The notes: generated by a model from the sequence alone, not told the origin. A DNA stretch of 64,000 nucleotides from Promethearchaeati archaeon (GCA_013166775.1 JABLTJ010000014.1:20254-84253), one strand, 5' to 3'. Counted from the stretch's first letter, positions 8,399-19,004 are shown. Numbers and translations are program-made.

Positions 8399-10702
8399 AT
8401 AGAAGGGATTTTTGTAACGTTTTAGTAATAAAGCATTTAGAACCACAGAAACTGATGAAAGCGCCATTGCTAGACCTGCTATCTCTGCAGGAAGGAGAAA
8501 ACCAAATGGAATGAATAGAATTCCTGCAGCAATAGGGATTCCAATAACATTGTAAATTAGAGCCCAGAAAAGACCTAATTTGACTTTTCTTATTGTTTTT
8601 TTACTTAAATCTATAGCAGTTACAGCATCTTTCAAATCATCCTTTATTAGAACTATATCCCCTGCCTCAATAGCTACATCTGAACCTGATCCAATAGCAA
8701 TTCCTACATCAGATTGTGCTAAAGCGGGACTATCATTAACACCATCCCCCACAAACAGAACTTTTTGATTCTTTGCTTGATATTTCTTGACTACATCAAC
8801 CTTTTCACTAGGAACAACTTCAGCATGAATTTCTTCAATGCCAACTTCCTTTGCGATCGAGGTAGCCGATCTGATATTATCACCGCTAACCATTACTACT
8901 GAAAGACCCAGTTTTAATAATTCCTGAATTGCTTCTTTCGAAGTTTGTTTGATTGTATCAGCAATCGCGATTAAACCAAGTATACTATCTTTACTAAAAA
9001 GAATCATTACAGTTTTCCCGTCATTTTCTAGCTTTTCCATTTTTGATGAAATTTCTTCTGAAATTGAAACATTGGAATCTTCTGCTATTTTTCTATTTCC
9101 GAAATAATATAATGTACCTTCGACTGAAGATTCTATTCCTTTTCCTGGATGTGCTATAAAATTGTCTATATCTTTTAGCTCAATTTGCAGCTCCTCAGAC
9201 TTACTTACTATTGCCTTTGCAATTGAATGTTCAGAACCTTTTTCCATTGAACTAGCAATCTGAAGAAGTTGATTGTTCTGAAAATCATTGAAAGATACAA
9301 TATCAGTGACTACAGGTTTACCTTCTGTAATTGTTCCTGTTTTATCTAAAAGAACAACATCTACTTGTCTTGCTACTTCGAGAGCTGTTCCAGATCTAAT
9401 TAATATCCCATCTGATGCTCCTAAACCTGTACCAACCATAATAGCAGTTGGTGTAGCTAAGCCTAAAGCACAAGGACATGAAATAACAAGAACAGTTATT
9501 CCTGTAAGAAAAGCAAAAAGAAACATAGATACTCCATCAGGTAAGATAGTACTACTTATAACTCCTGTTTGAAATAAAGCAAACCAAATTGTAAATGTTA
9601 AAATCGAAGCTAAAACCACAACTGGTACAAAAATTGCGGAAATCTTGTCAGCAAGCTTCTGAATTGGTAATTTAGAAGTCTGTGCTTCTTCAACCATTTT
9701 GATTATCTGATTAAGAGTTGTATCCTTTCCAATTCTTGTTGCTTTCATTTTGAGAAAACCATTTTCGTTTATAGTTCCTCCAATTAATTCAGAATCTTTT
9801 TCTTTGAAAACAGCAATACTTTCTCCAGTTATCATAGCTTCATTAACATAACTCTGACCCTCTGTAACAATACCATCTACAGGTACACTATCACCTGGAT
9901 GGATTAGGCAAATATCGTCATTCTTAACATCATCAATAGGGATTTCTACTTCCTTATTTTCTCGAATGACAGTAGCAGTATTAGGTCTGAGTTCTATCAG
10001 TTTCTTTATCGCCTCAGAGGTTCTTCCTTTTGTTACTTCTTCTAGATATTTTCCTAGAAAAATAAAAGTTAGAAGAATTGCAGAAGTCTCAAAAAAGACT
10101 TCACCATGGTATGAAGTGTTTATGTAAGGATAGATCAGAGAAAATAAACTGTAAAAATAAGCTGCTGAAGTTCCAAGAACGACAAGAACATCCATTGAAG
10201 CACTTTTAGCTTTTAGACTTTTCCAAGCATCTCTATAGAATGGAAATGCTATGATAAATTGTATTGGTGTTGTTAGTATAAGTTGGATAAAATTCGAAAA
10301 TGTCATTCCTCTAAAAATGAAGAAAGTTTGTTGCCAATTCGCAAATCCATCAAACCATAGTCTGAAAGGTAGCATATGGCCCATTGCAAAAACAAATACA
10401 GGTAAAGCTAATCCAAGACTCCAGAGAAACCTTTTTCTCATATCAATGAGTTGAGTGTTCTTCATGTAAGAGAGTTCAACATTATCGAAAGAGACTTTGT
10501 AGCCTGCTGACTCAACAGCTTTCTTTATTTGTTTATCTTTCACAATAGAGGGATCAAAAAAGATTTGAGCACTATTACTGAGCAAATTGACAGCAGCAGA
10601 ATTAATTCCTTCAACAGAAGAAAGAGCCTTTTCTACTCTGGTTACACATGCAGCACAGTGCATCCCTTCAACACTAACTGTTTTTTTTTCTATGTTGCTC
10701 AA
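8390..10702 (-). CDS. copA: Copper-translocating P1B-type ATPase
   Basis: 770 aa. N-terminal HMA motif GMHCAACVTRVEKAL, TM CPC motif SCPCALGLATP, phosphorylation site DKTGTIT, hinge GDGVNDSPAL. Confidence 0.95.
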   Translation of the reverse strand: MSNIEKKTVSVEGMHCAACVTRVEKALSSVEGINSAAVNLLSNSAQIFFDPSIVKDKQIKKAVESAGYKVSFDNVELSYMKNTQLIDMRKRFLWSLGLALPVFVFAMGHMLPFRLWFDGFANWQQTFFIFRGMTFSNFIQLILTTPIQFIIAFPFYRDAWKSLKAKSASMDVLVVLGTSAAYFYSLFSLIYPYINTSYHGEVFFETSAILLTFIFLGKYLEEVTKGRTSEAIKKLIELRPNTATVIRENKEVEIPIDDVKNDDICLIHPGDSVPVDGIVTEGQSYVNEAMITGESIAVFKEKDSELIGGTINENGFLKMKATRIGKDTTLNQIIKMVEEAQTSKLPIQKLADKISAIFVPVVVLASILTFTIWFALFQTGVISSTILPDGVSMFLFAFLTGITVLVISCPCALGLATPTAIMVGTGLGASDGILIRSGTALEVARQVDVVLLDKTGTITEGKPVVTDIVSFNDFQNNQLLQIASSMEKGSEHSIAKAIVSKSEELQIELKDIDNFIAHPGKGIESSVEGTLYYFGNRKIAEDSNVSISEEISSKMEKLENDGKTVMILFSKDSILGLIAIADTIKQTSKEAIQELLKLGLSVVMVSGDNIRSATSIAKEVGIEEIHAEVVPSEKVDVVKKYQAKNQKVLFVGDGVNDSPALAQSDVGIAIGSGSDVAIEAGDIVLIKDDLKDAVTAIDLSKKTIRKVKLGLFWALIYNVIGIPIAAGILFIPFGFLLPAEIAGLAMALSSVSVVLNALLLKRYKNPFYSR

Positions 10703-10759
10703 TTCAATCTAACTCTTTCAAATTTCCTTAAAAATCTGTTTACTTTGGTGTTTCAGTTT

Positions 10760-10978
10760 TCATGAAGATGCTTTATAACCCACAGATTCAACAGCTTCAA
10801 TCAGTTTTTCAAGTTTAACTTTTCCCTTTTTCGCAGTGATTTCAGCTGAATCTTTCTCATGACTAACATCGACATCTTTGACTCCAGAAACAGATCTAAG
10901 TGCTTTTGAGACAGTCATTTCGCAATGACTACAAGTCATTCCTTCAACTTTTAATGTTAGAGTTTCCATAATTCTCAT
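10760..10978 (-). CDS. copZ: Heavy-metal-associated (HMA) copper chaperone
   Basis: 72 aa. GMTCSHCEMTVSKAL metal-binding loop. Lies 57 nt upstream of copA on the same strand. Confidence 0.85.
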   Translation of the reverse strand: MRIMETLTLKVEGMTCSHCEMTVSKALRSVSGVKDVDVSHEKDSAEITAKKGKVKLEKLIEAVESVGYKASS

Positions 10979-11059
10979 TTAAATTATGTTGAAAAAGCTT
11001 TATGAATAAAACTGTTTGACAAAATACTCTAGGTATAAATTGAAGTGTTTTTTTTGAAA

Positions 11060-11275
11060 TTAAAGAAGCATAGCTGTGAATCCAAGTGCAACAATCATTG
11101 TCTTTATCTTATAACTAGATATAACCAAGTTTTCAATTTTGACAGTAGCTTGTTTTTCACCATAGTCAACTTCAGAGCATTCAATACCTGCAGTTTGCTC
11201 TAAAGCAAGCGCTATTATTTTAGCACATTTACTGCAATGTATGTCCGAAATTTCTAGCGAAATTGTCTGTTTCAT
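11060..11275 (-). CDS. Second small HMA-like protein (variant metal loop DIHCSKC)
   Basis: 71 aa with a ferredoxin-like HMA length and pattern. The CxxC is retained (HCSKCAKII). Same strand as copZ and copA. Confidence 0.6.
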   Translation of the reverse strand: MKQTISLEISDIHCSKCAKIIALALEQTAGIECSEVDYGEKQATVKIENLVISSYKIKTMIVALGFTAMLL

Positions 11276-11458
11276 GGGCCTAAGATAACGATAGAGTTGA
11301 TGCCTTTTTAAAGTGACTATTAAACCAATTTTTGATGTTTAAGTAGTTTTTTCACTTTTCTTTTTTCAAAAATTATTTTTAATCAAATTGGATGGTTCGC
11401 TAGATTTAAAATTTGTAGACAAAACATATTCAAACCTTACATCTATCAACTATGAAAG

Positions 11459-13387
11459 TTATACTAATTTCTTTCTCTTCAAAATGAGAAATATGTTTGT
11501 TAGTGAAATGCAGGAAATAGATATTATTATGATTATATTTCGAGTTAAGGGATTCCTCACTTTAATAAGATAGTCGACTTTAATAGAGTTGAAGAAATGG
11601 TCCTCGGCTGACACAGAGAAAAGCCAATTTCCAGCATCTAGTGTTGATAAATCAAAATCAAAAGTCACATTTGGTGCAAATACACTTTCATTGGACGCTA
11701 GATGGTTCTGATTTAGTGTTATTCTAAAATCCTTTAGGTTCATGTCAAATATCTCAATGGTTAGATTGTTTTTCTCACCCAATTTCAACTTTTGTTCATA
11801 TGTAGGAATTATAGATATCTGAGGAGGGAGAGAGTCTCTTTGTGGTGTTATGTGCATAGTGATATCTAGGGTATCTTCTACTCCAGTTGCATCTATTAGT
11901 TCAACTGTAAAATAATGCCAACCAGCTGTTAGATTTGTTAAAGTAAGAGCCTTGATTTGAAAAAATGCTCCCCAGTGTCCACCACATAAATTGTATTCGT
12001 CGAATTGTTTCTTGTATATATATGTTGTCCAGTTTGTGTCAGAGTAGACTGAATAAGATAGAAACATATAGTATCCCTCTGCAAATCTATAAAATCTACA
12101 ACCTGATAAGTAAGAATCCCATGCCGGAGGAGAAATAACTCTCCTATCAGTGATAGAGGCAAACCAAGCGGAATAGTGATTGAATGTATCAAATATAACT
12201 AAAGTGATTATGATATAGTATTCTTCTTTATGAAGAGATGAATGATTAATCTGAAGATTAAGAATACCAGAAGTAAGATTTGAAAATGATGAATAGAGTT
12301 CATTATTTACGTAACACTGGATAGTTATATTATCTGAAGAATCATGAAGAGATATAGGAATGTTTATTGAATCGTTTCCGTCATATAGATTCATATCTGT
12401 TTCTAAAAAGATAGCTAATGGAAGATCAGCATCTTCTGTTGAATTATAGCCTGAATTGCATTCAAATAATGTGTAAGACGAATTACGAATCCTGTTTACG
12501 AAACGGTAACCTTCAACATCACAACCAAAATCCTCACTATATTGAGTCCAATTATCCCAATTGCATATGTCTGAGTGAATGAGATTATACTTAAGTAAGA
12601 AACCAGATGAACTATCAACAAAATACTGCCTAGTTATTGTAGAATGAGTAGTATATTCGAAGTATATATCATGAATCTGGTTTGAAACAACTCCTGTACG
12701 TGAAGAAATACTCTCGTATAAATCCACATCTATTAGATGGTTTTTCCCATTTATGAAAAAATGGTCTTGAAAAGATAATTTATAATCAGTATAGGAAAAA
12801 TAACGGTCACCACTTGATGAGATGTCAAGATTAATTACTTCATCATAATAATCAAGGCATATTCTTTCATTATATTCATTCCAGAAATTCTTTTCAGGAA
12901 CATCACTTATGTTTACATCTTCTATTAAATTCCAATCCTGGATATCATAATCATAATGCCATTCTCTTTCTGTTCGATGAAAATCAGTAATATTTATAGA
13001 AATAATTTCATCAAGAAAAACTTGTTCAGGAGTATTGAAGCTAATCTGATAATTCTCAAAATACTCTGTACATTTACTATAATTTATGAATTGTTTAAAA
13101 GATCGAATAGCAGAATCTGTAGGGATAGGATTGTTTTCAAAGAATCGCATTTGTTTGACAATAAATTGATCAGTATGGTTTTGCTTGTAAATTAGACTAT
13201 CGTTTTGATCTAACTTATAAAATCCATTTTCTATATCAACATTCTGTTGTGAAATACCTTTTGACAAACTAGATTTATTATAATCTATATTAGCAGTTCT
13301 TATTGATTCCGTAGTGATTAGATAACATGAACTTAGAGTAAGATAGAAAATAATTAGAATAATAATATCTCTATTCTCATGTTTCAT
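11459..13387 (-). CDS. Hypothetical surface protein, sequon-rich, Ig-like C-terminal region, C-terminal anchor
   Basis: 642 aa. N-terminal hydrophobic segment, many N-x-S/T sites, beta-rich C-terminal modules (WHYFTVELIDATGVEDTLDITMHITP). Ends in a hydrophobic helix followed by KRKKLV. Confidence 0.5.
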   Translation of the reverse strand: MKHENRDIIILIIFYLTLSSCYLITTESIRTANIDYNKSSLSKGISQQNVDIENGFYKLDQNDSLIYKQNHTDQFIVKQMRFFENNPIPTDSAIRSFKQFINYSKCTEYFENYQISFNTPEQVFLDEIISINITDFHRTEREWHYDYDIQDWNLIEDVNISDVPEKNFWNEYNERICLDYYDEVINLDISSSGDRYFSYTDYKLSFQDHFFINGKNHLIDVDLYESISSRTGVVSNQIHDIYFEYTTHSTITRQYFVDSSSGFLLKYNLIHSDICNWDNWTQYSEDFGCDVEGYRFVNRIRNSSYTLFECNSGYNSTEDADLPLAIFLETDMNLYDGNDSINIPISLHDSSDNITIQCYVNNELYSSFSNLTSGILNLQINHSSLHKEEYYIIITLVIFDTFNHYSAWFASITDRRVISPPAWDSYLSGCRFYRFAEGYYMFLSYSVYSDTNWTTYIYKKQFDEYNLCGGHWGAFFQIKALTLTNLTAGWHYFTVELIDATGVEDTLDITMHITPQRDSLPPQISIIPTYEQKLKLGEKNNLTIEIFDMNLKDFRITLNQNHLASNESVFAPNVTFDFDLSTLDAGNWLFSVSAEDHFFNSIKVDYLIKVRNPLTRNIIIIISISCISLTNIFLILKRKKLV

Positions 13388-13492
13388 CTAATCGACCACA
13401 TTCTTATAAAACTAAGGTAAAAACACCTATAAACATCTTGGTGACGTGTAGAAAAATCTTTGAAAAAATTGAAAATACATTAGATTTAAATT

Positions 13493-14644
13493 TTGGAACG
13501 ATATATGCATGTTATGTCATCTGAAAAATCTTTTCAGTATTTGAAGAAATTTTGGAAACTTGAAATGGTAGCTTCTTCTTTATATGATTTTCTTGCAAAA
13601 AGGACTACAAAAAAAAGAAAAAGAGGTATAGAGAAAATAGCGAAAATGGAGAGAGGACATGCAAATGTTTGGAACAATATCTCTCAGAAGGGTTTTGACT
13701 ATTCATTCCAACCAAATATCACATTAAAAATCCGAATCTTAATCATGAAATTTATTTCTTTCCTCTTTCCGAAAACAATATTTATTCATTATATGGAATT
13801 GGGAGAACGTAATGCTATTATAGAATACACAAAAATTCGTGAAGCATTTCGAGAAGATAAGAAAGCACTAGAAATGATTGAGAATATAATAAGAGATGAA
13901 GTTCGTCATGAATGGGAAATGATGGAACTAGTAGCCGACAAATCTGGTTACATAAGAAAAGCAAAGGAAGCTGTTCATGGACTAATAGCAGGAATTCTAG
14001 AAACTATAGCAGTCTTAGTAGGTTTTATTGCTGCAGATCTAGATATTCTATTTGTAGGTCTCGCAACTCTAATTGCAACAATTACAGGATTGATAACAAT
14101 ATTGACAATATCATATTTATCTGTAAAAAGTGAATATGATATACACGTGGGTGAAATTGCAACAATAGAGGCAAAGCATGGTATAGAACCTAGAGCACTA
14201 AGAACTGATTTAGAACATCTTTTAGTTGATCACGGAATAGCATTTGAAATGGCACAAGAAGTTGTAGAAGTTATTGGTGATGATCCAGACGTTTTAAGAA
14301 ATCTAGTTAGAACAATGAAACTTCTAGAAGTTGGACATATAACACCAAGAGAAGCTTTAATTACAACAGGGTTATTCTTTCTACTAGGAACATTACCTAC
14401 CGTTATACCATTCTTCATATATGCTTTTCTTGGATATGAAAACCTCCTTTATCCAGCAATCATAGCTACTGTTCTTGCAGTGATTGTCATTGCTGTAGCA
14501 GGTGTTTATAAGGGTGTACTCTCAAATAAAAGACCAATCTTTGAAATTTTAAAATTTCTAGGAGTGATGATAGGTACTTCTGCTATTACTTATTTGATAG
14601 GTTTCCTAGCACGTCTTGTTTTAGGAACAGGCATTCTACATTAG
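13493..14644 (+). CDS. Erythrin-VIT1 (MbfA-like) membrane-bound ferritin / iron transporter
   Basis: 383 aa. The N-terminal ferritin-like four-helix region has ExxH-type pairs (MERGHANVW, RDEVRHEWEM). The C-terminal VIT1/CCC1-like TM region includes LIAGILETIAVLVGF and SYLSVKSEYD. The true start may be an internal ATG (13505 or 13514). Confidence 0.8.
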   Translation: MERYMHVMSSEKSFQYLKKFWKLEMVASSLYDFLAKRTTKKRKRGIEKIAKMERGHANVWNNISQKGFDYSFQPNITLKIRILIMKFISFLFPKTIFIHYMELGERNAIIEYTKIREAFREDKKALEMIENIIRDEVRHEWEMMELVADKSGYIRKAKEAVHGLIAGILETIAVLVGFIAADLDILFVGLATLIATITGLITILTISYLSVKSEYDIHVGEIATIEAKHGIEPRALRTDLEHLLVDHGIAFEMAQEVVEVIGDDPDVLRNLVRTMKLLEVGHITPREALITTGLFFLLGTLPTVIPFFIYAFLGYENLLYPAIIATVLAVIVIAVAGVYKGVLSNKRPIFEILKFLGVMIGTSAITYLIGFLARLVLGTGILH

Positions 14645-14663
14645 AAATGAAGACAACAATGAT

Positions 14664-15437
14664 TTAATCTTGTATCTCATAGGAGACGTCAAGATTTCCA
14701 GTGAAGATATTCAAAAATTGCGTACTTCGTTTCTCTTCAGGAACGTTTTCTTTATTCATTTCTTCTTCTATTTCTTTCTTCAATTCATCAATATTCCTTA
14801 TAAATTTGAAAATAATATCGTTTATTTTAAACAAATGTTTCCATTTACTAAGCTTAATATGATTAACGTAAATACTGATATCCATTGGAGATATCTTTAT
14901 TTTGTCTATTACATTTTCTCTTCCTTTTTTTTCAATGACATCAGTAATATCGTCTATTTTGCTTATAACCTCATTAATCATAACATTCTGAAGATTGGTA
15001 ACGAAATTAAAGTAGTGTCTTGTCAAAGGAATTTCTTCTAATTTATCTGCGGAAAGAATTTCACCAGCAATATATCTATTCAATTCTTCTTCTGAGTATT
15101 TCTCGATATCTCGAAGATCATCTGTGATTCTATCAGTTCGATCAGCCATGGCTTGCATATGATCATCATATAATTTTTTTGTAATAGATGAAAGTTTGTA
15201 GAATTTACCCCAACTATCCTCTGATTTCTTACTATCAAAAGCAATTATTCCATCATTTTTTAGTTTCCTGATATACCTCAGGGTTGTACTTTCAGGTTTA
15301 TTTATCATAATGGCGATTTTCTTAAGATTGAGTGATTCATACCAATTAAGAGCAGTTACTATCCCAAACTCAATTTCATCATCAACTAGAGTTAAGTACT
15401 TGTTCTTAGTTTTTTTATTTTCTTTATTTTTACTCAT
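14664..15437 (-). CDS. Putative winged-helix transcription regulator with coiled-coil C-terminus
   Basis: 257 aa. wHTH-like segment LNLKKIAIMINKPESTTLRYIRKLKNDGIIAFD. Divergent from the MFS gene at 15598. Confidence 0.5.
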   Translation of the reverse strand: MSKNKENKKTKNKYLTLVDDEIEFGIVTALNWYESLNLKKIAIMINKPESTTLRYIRKLKNDGIIAFDSKKSEDSWGKFYKLSSITKKLYDDHMQAMADRTDRITDDLRDIEKYSEEELNRYIAGEILSADKLEEIPLTRHYFNFVTNLQNVMINEVISKIDDITDVIEKKGRENVIDKIKISPMDISIYVNHIKLSKWKHLFKINDIIFKFIRNIDELKKEIEEEMNKENVPEEKRSTQFLNIFTGNLDVSYEIQD

Positions 15438-15597
15438 TCTTATTCACAAATACACATATACTTGTTCGTTTTAAAAGTTTTTCCATTTTGAAATAAATTT
15501 CACAATGAGAGAAATGTTTATAAAACTTATGTCACAAAGTATTTCAAATAGGAATTTCTTTTATTTTGGAAGAAGTTCTAAAACGGAAGTAATAAAA

Positions 15598-16995
15598 ATG
15601 GATGAAAAACAATCGGAAATTTTGGTTGAAGGCGAAAAGAAGAAACCTAATGCTATTGTCTTGTTAAGGAATAGAGATTTTTCAGCTTTATTCTTTGGAG
15701 GATTCATTTCCAACATTGGATCTTGGTTCACAATGGTTGCAATATTCTTTTTAGCGCTTCAATTCACAGAACATTTAACACCAACTGAATCAACTCAAGC
15801 TGTAGCACTATTAACAACCTGTTCTTTAATACCTATGTTAGCTCTTGGTCCATTGGCTGGGGCTTTAGTTGATAAATTTGATAGAAAGAAAGTAATGGTT
15901 CTCGCCGACTTTCTAGGAGCTGGAGCTGCGATAGCTTTATTCTTCTCAACTCAAATGTGGCACCTATATTTGTTTATGATATTTAACAGCAGCGTTAGGC
16001 AGTTCTTTTATCCTGCAAGAATGGCAAGTATCCCTAGAATTGCTAAACAAGATCAGCTATTAACAGCTAATGGGATTATCCAGACAACTAACCAAATAGC
16101 AAGAATGTTAGGACCATTGATAGCAGGATTTATAGCAGCAAGTCTTGGATTAAAAATTGCATTTCTCTTTGATGCTGGAACCTACATTGCTTCAGCAATT
16201 CTTATAGTAATTATTAAAACTGATCTCAAGCCAGCTAAAAATAGTGAAGGAGTAAATGTGAAAAGCGTCCTTATAGGAATGAGAGATGGATTTAGGATAA
16301 CATTTAGGGATAAAATCATTAGATTTGTAGTTATAACATTTGGTATTACAATCTTAGCAATAGGCGCAATAGATCCAGTAGGAATCCCATATTTGAACTT
16401 CGAGTTTGGTTTAGGAGAAAAGGATTTTGGATTAATGATGAGTTTCTCAGCTATAAGTGGAGTAATAGCTGCAGTAATCCTATCAGTTAAAGGACAGCTG
16501 AAGAACAAGCTTACTTTCATGTCAATTGCAATTGTTGCCTTAGGAGTTTCAGTAGCTATACTTTCATTCTCCCCATTTGTAGTAAGTCCAGTTGTTTGGT
16601 TATATTTAGGGATGTGTTTGATAGGATTTACAAATGTAGGTTTCAGCATACCATTCTCAACATTATTGCAAACAATAGTAAAAAATGAAAACTTGGGAAA
16701 AGTAAGTGGAGTTATAGATACAATTATGACTGCTTCATCTTTGATCGCATCCTTATTAGCAGTTGCACTCACTGGTTATATCTCAATAAGCTTACTATTA
16801 GGTATTGTAGCTGCAGTAGTTTTAATGGCAGGCATAGTATCACTTGTTATAATCAAAGCGAAAGGCCTTGAGGAACTAACTCAAAGAAAAGAAGAAAAGA
16901 TGAAATCCGATCTAAAAGATATAGAAGAAGAATTTGCAGAAATATCTTTAGAAGAACAAAAATCTAAAGAGATACGCGCTGCAATTCTCCTCTGA
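15598..16995 (+). CDS. MFS transporter (EntS/DUF894-like subfamily), paralog 1
   Basis: The ORF opens at 15505, but alignment to the paralog at 17537 begins at MDEKQSEILVEGEKKKPNAIV (ATG 15598). It has 12 TM-like segments and the DKFDRKKVM loop motif. The C-terminal tail is acidic. Confidence 0.85.
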   Translation: MDEKQSEILVEGEKKKPNAIVLLRNRDFSALFFGGFISNIGSWFTMVAIFFLALQFTEHLTPTESTQAVALLTTCSLIPMLALGPLAGALVDKFDRKKVMVLADFLGAGAAIALFFSTQMWHLYLFMIFNSSVRQFFYPARMASIPRIAKQDQLLTANGIIQTTNQIARMLGPLIAGFIAASLGLKIAFLFDAGTYIASAILIVIIKTDLKPAKNSEGVNVKSVLIGMRDGFRITFRDKIIRFVVITFGITILAIGAIDPVGIPYLNFEFGLGEKDFGLMMSFSAISGVIAAVILSVKGQLKNKLTFMSIAIVALGVSVAILSFSPFVVSPVVWLYLGMCLIGFTNVGFSIPFSTLLQTIVKNENLGKVSGVIDTIMTASSLIASLLAVALTGYISISLLLGIVAAVVLMAGIVSLVIIKAKGLEELTQRKEEKMKSDLKDIEEEFAEISLEEQKSKEIRAAILL

Positions 16996-17310
16996 TTAAA
17001 CTTTTTTTTTTATTTTTCAAATTTTTATTAGTTAAAATAATAACCAAAGTATACACTATATATCGCGTTTTAGATCATTATCTAAAAATAAATACAACGA
17101 AAATTTAGAAGTTTCTATTCATGATTAGCTAATGAGTTTGATAATTAATCCATTCAATTTACTACGTAAAATTTTCAGTTTTTTCCCTTGACTAATTAGT
17201 TTAATAATTTAGTTGATTGTATTAAAATATTCTTAAATAAAACGATAAGAGAGAGTTGTTTGATTGTAAAATTGATTGGAATTGAAAAAAAATCTGATAA
17301 GAAAAAACTG

Positions 17311-17361
17311 TTGGTCACTTAGTGGACACAGTTGTTCAGTGTTTTCTTAAAGGGTGACCAA
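17311..17361 (+). other. Nested inverted repeat in the spacer between MFS paralogs (possible operator or RNA hairpin)
   Basis: TTGGTCAC (17311-17318) is the exact reverse complement of GTGACCAA (17354-17361). An inner GACAC (17325-17329) / GTGTT (17339-17343) pair is also possible. Confidence 0.3.
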
Positions 17362-17536
17362 TCAAAATAGTATTAGAAAAACTAAGGTGATGTTAATGAA
17401 AGGAAATGCAGACAAATCAAGAAGAAAAATAGAAATGGAAGGAGCATACTGGTTGTTATTTGGGCAAGCATGTTCAGTATTACCACAAAGGGAAAATTCC
17501 CTAAGAAAGTATAGAGTAAGCAAAGTGTGATCTAAT

Positions 17537-18985
17537 ATGAATGATCAATACGAGGATCTCACAACACTTTCTCAAATTGAGGGAAAGAAACCTAATGTTT
17601 TGTCCTTATTGAAAAGCTGGGATTTTTCTGCATTATTTCTTGGAGGTTTAATAAGTAACATAGGATCATATTTCACAACTATTGCAATCTTTTTCTTTGC
17701 ATTGCAATTAACAGAAAATCTAGGACCAGCTGAAGCAACAAGGTTAATTGCTTTAGTGACTACTTTCTCATTAATTCCAATTCTTGTTTTAGGACCTATA
17801 GCAGGAGTCTTGGTTGATAAATTTGATAGAAAAAAAGTTATGATTTTTGCAGATTTATTTGCAGCAGTAGCTGTAATATCACTTATTTTTTCATCAAAGA
17901 TGTGGCATTTATATTTAATTTTCTTCTTAAACTCATCAGTGAGACAATTCTTCTATCCTGCAAAAACTGCTTCAATTCCAAGAATTGTTAAACAAGAGCA
18001 ATTACTCTCAGCTAATGGGTTTATTCAAACCTCATCAAATATTTCAAGATTGATTGGACCTTTATTAGCAGGATTTCTAATAGAATTCTTTGGATTAAGA
18101 GCAGCTTTTATTGTGGATGCAAGTACATTCGTCTTCTCAGCGATTATGATTCTTGTTATAAGAAGAGATTTGAAACCAAAAGATGATGGAGAAAAGATTT
18201 CCATAAGAAACGTAACTACAGGCCTCAGAGAAGGATTTAAGATATCTTTTGGGGACAAGATTATTTCTTATGTATTGATATTATTTTCCTTTACTATCCT
18301 ATTGATAGGAATGGTAGATCCTCTTATTGTTCCGTATATGAGTTTCGAATTTGGTTTAGGAGAAAGAGAATTTGGTATGTTAATGAGCTTTTCAGCGATA
18401 AGTGGGATAATCGCTGCAGTAATTTTATCAATAAAGGGACAACTCAAGAAGAAACTTACATTTATGACTGCAAGTATATTGGTTGCTAGCTTTTGTCTAG
18501 CATTTATAGCAGCTGCTACAATTCTTCCAAGAGGATTCATTTGGCTTTATGTTGGATTTGCATTAATCGGAATGATTAATGTTGGATTTAGTATCCCATT
18601 TTCTACATTGCTTCAATCTACAATAAAGAATGAGAATTTGGGTAAAGTAAGCGGTGTTGTTGATACAGTAATTACTGGTGCTTCTCTTATTGCAGCAACT
18701 CTTGCTGCAGCCTTAGCTGGATTTGCTTCAATAAGCTTAATTTTCGGAATAATAGCGGTTTTGATTGCAGTTGCAGGGATTTTGGGACTTCTTTACATTA
18801 AAGCGACAAAGTTAGATAAACAAGCTCAAATCCGCGAAGAAGAGATGAAACATCTCAAAGAGCTTGAAGAGATAGAGCAAAAATCTGCTAAAAAAATAGT
18901 CGATTTTGATGAAATCGCTGAGATCACCTTAAAGCAGATTGAAGTTGAGGAGAATATTATTTCTCCTCAATCCTCTATCGATTAA
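17537..18985 (+). CDS. MFS transporter, paralog 2 (tandem duplicate)
   Basis: 482 aa, colinear with the 15598 gene: KKPNVLSLLKSWDFSALFLGGLISNIGSYFT versus KKPNAIVLLRNRDFSALFFGGFISNIGSWFT. Same DKFDRKKVM loop. Confidence 0.85.
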   Translation: MNDQYEDLTTLSQIEGKKPNVLSLLKSWDFSALFLGGLISNIGSYFTTIAIFFFALQLTENLGPAEATRLIALVTTFSLIPILVLGPIAGVLVDKFDRKKVMIFADLFAAVAVISLIFSSKMWHLYLIFFLNSSVRQFFYPAKTASIPRIVKQEQLLSANGFIQTSSNISRLIGPLLAGFLIEFFGLRAAFIVDASTFVFSAIMILVIRRDLKPKDDGEKISIRNVTTGLREGFKISFGDKIISYVLILFSFTILLIGMVDPLIVPYMSFEFGLGEREFGMLMSFSAISGIIAAVILSIKGQLKKKLTFMTASILVASFCLAFIAAATILPRGFIWLYVGFALIGMINVGFSIPFSTLLQSTIKNENLGKVSGVVDTVITGASLIAATLAAALAGFASISLIFGIIAVLIAVAGILGLLYIKATKLDKQAQIREEEMKHLKELEEIEQKSAKKIVDFDEIAEITLKQIEVEENIISPQSSID

Positions 18986-19004
18986 GAATGCTATCTCTTT
19001 TTTT

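Noticed and set aside
15505-15597. 31-codon N-terminal extension of the first MFS gene
   Set aside because: The paralog alignment starts at the internal Met (15598), and the extension has no counterpart in the second copy.
16182-16772. 196-aa minus-strand ORF (and 18025-18258, 18268-18540) inside the MFS genes
   Set aside because: These are antisense to well-supported transporter genes. Their hydrophobic, low-complexity translations are typical of the reverse frames of membrane proteins.
16996-17536. Mobile element or degraded gene in the long AT-rich spacer between MFS paralogs
   Set aside because: There are no terminal inverted repeats flanking the whole spacer, no transposase-like reading frame and no target-site duplication. 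Only a local palindrome and a short uORF were found, and those are reported separately as low-confidence regulatory candidates.
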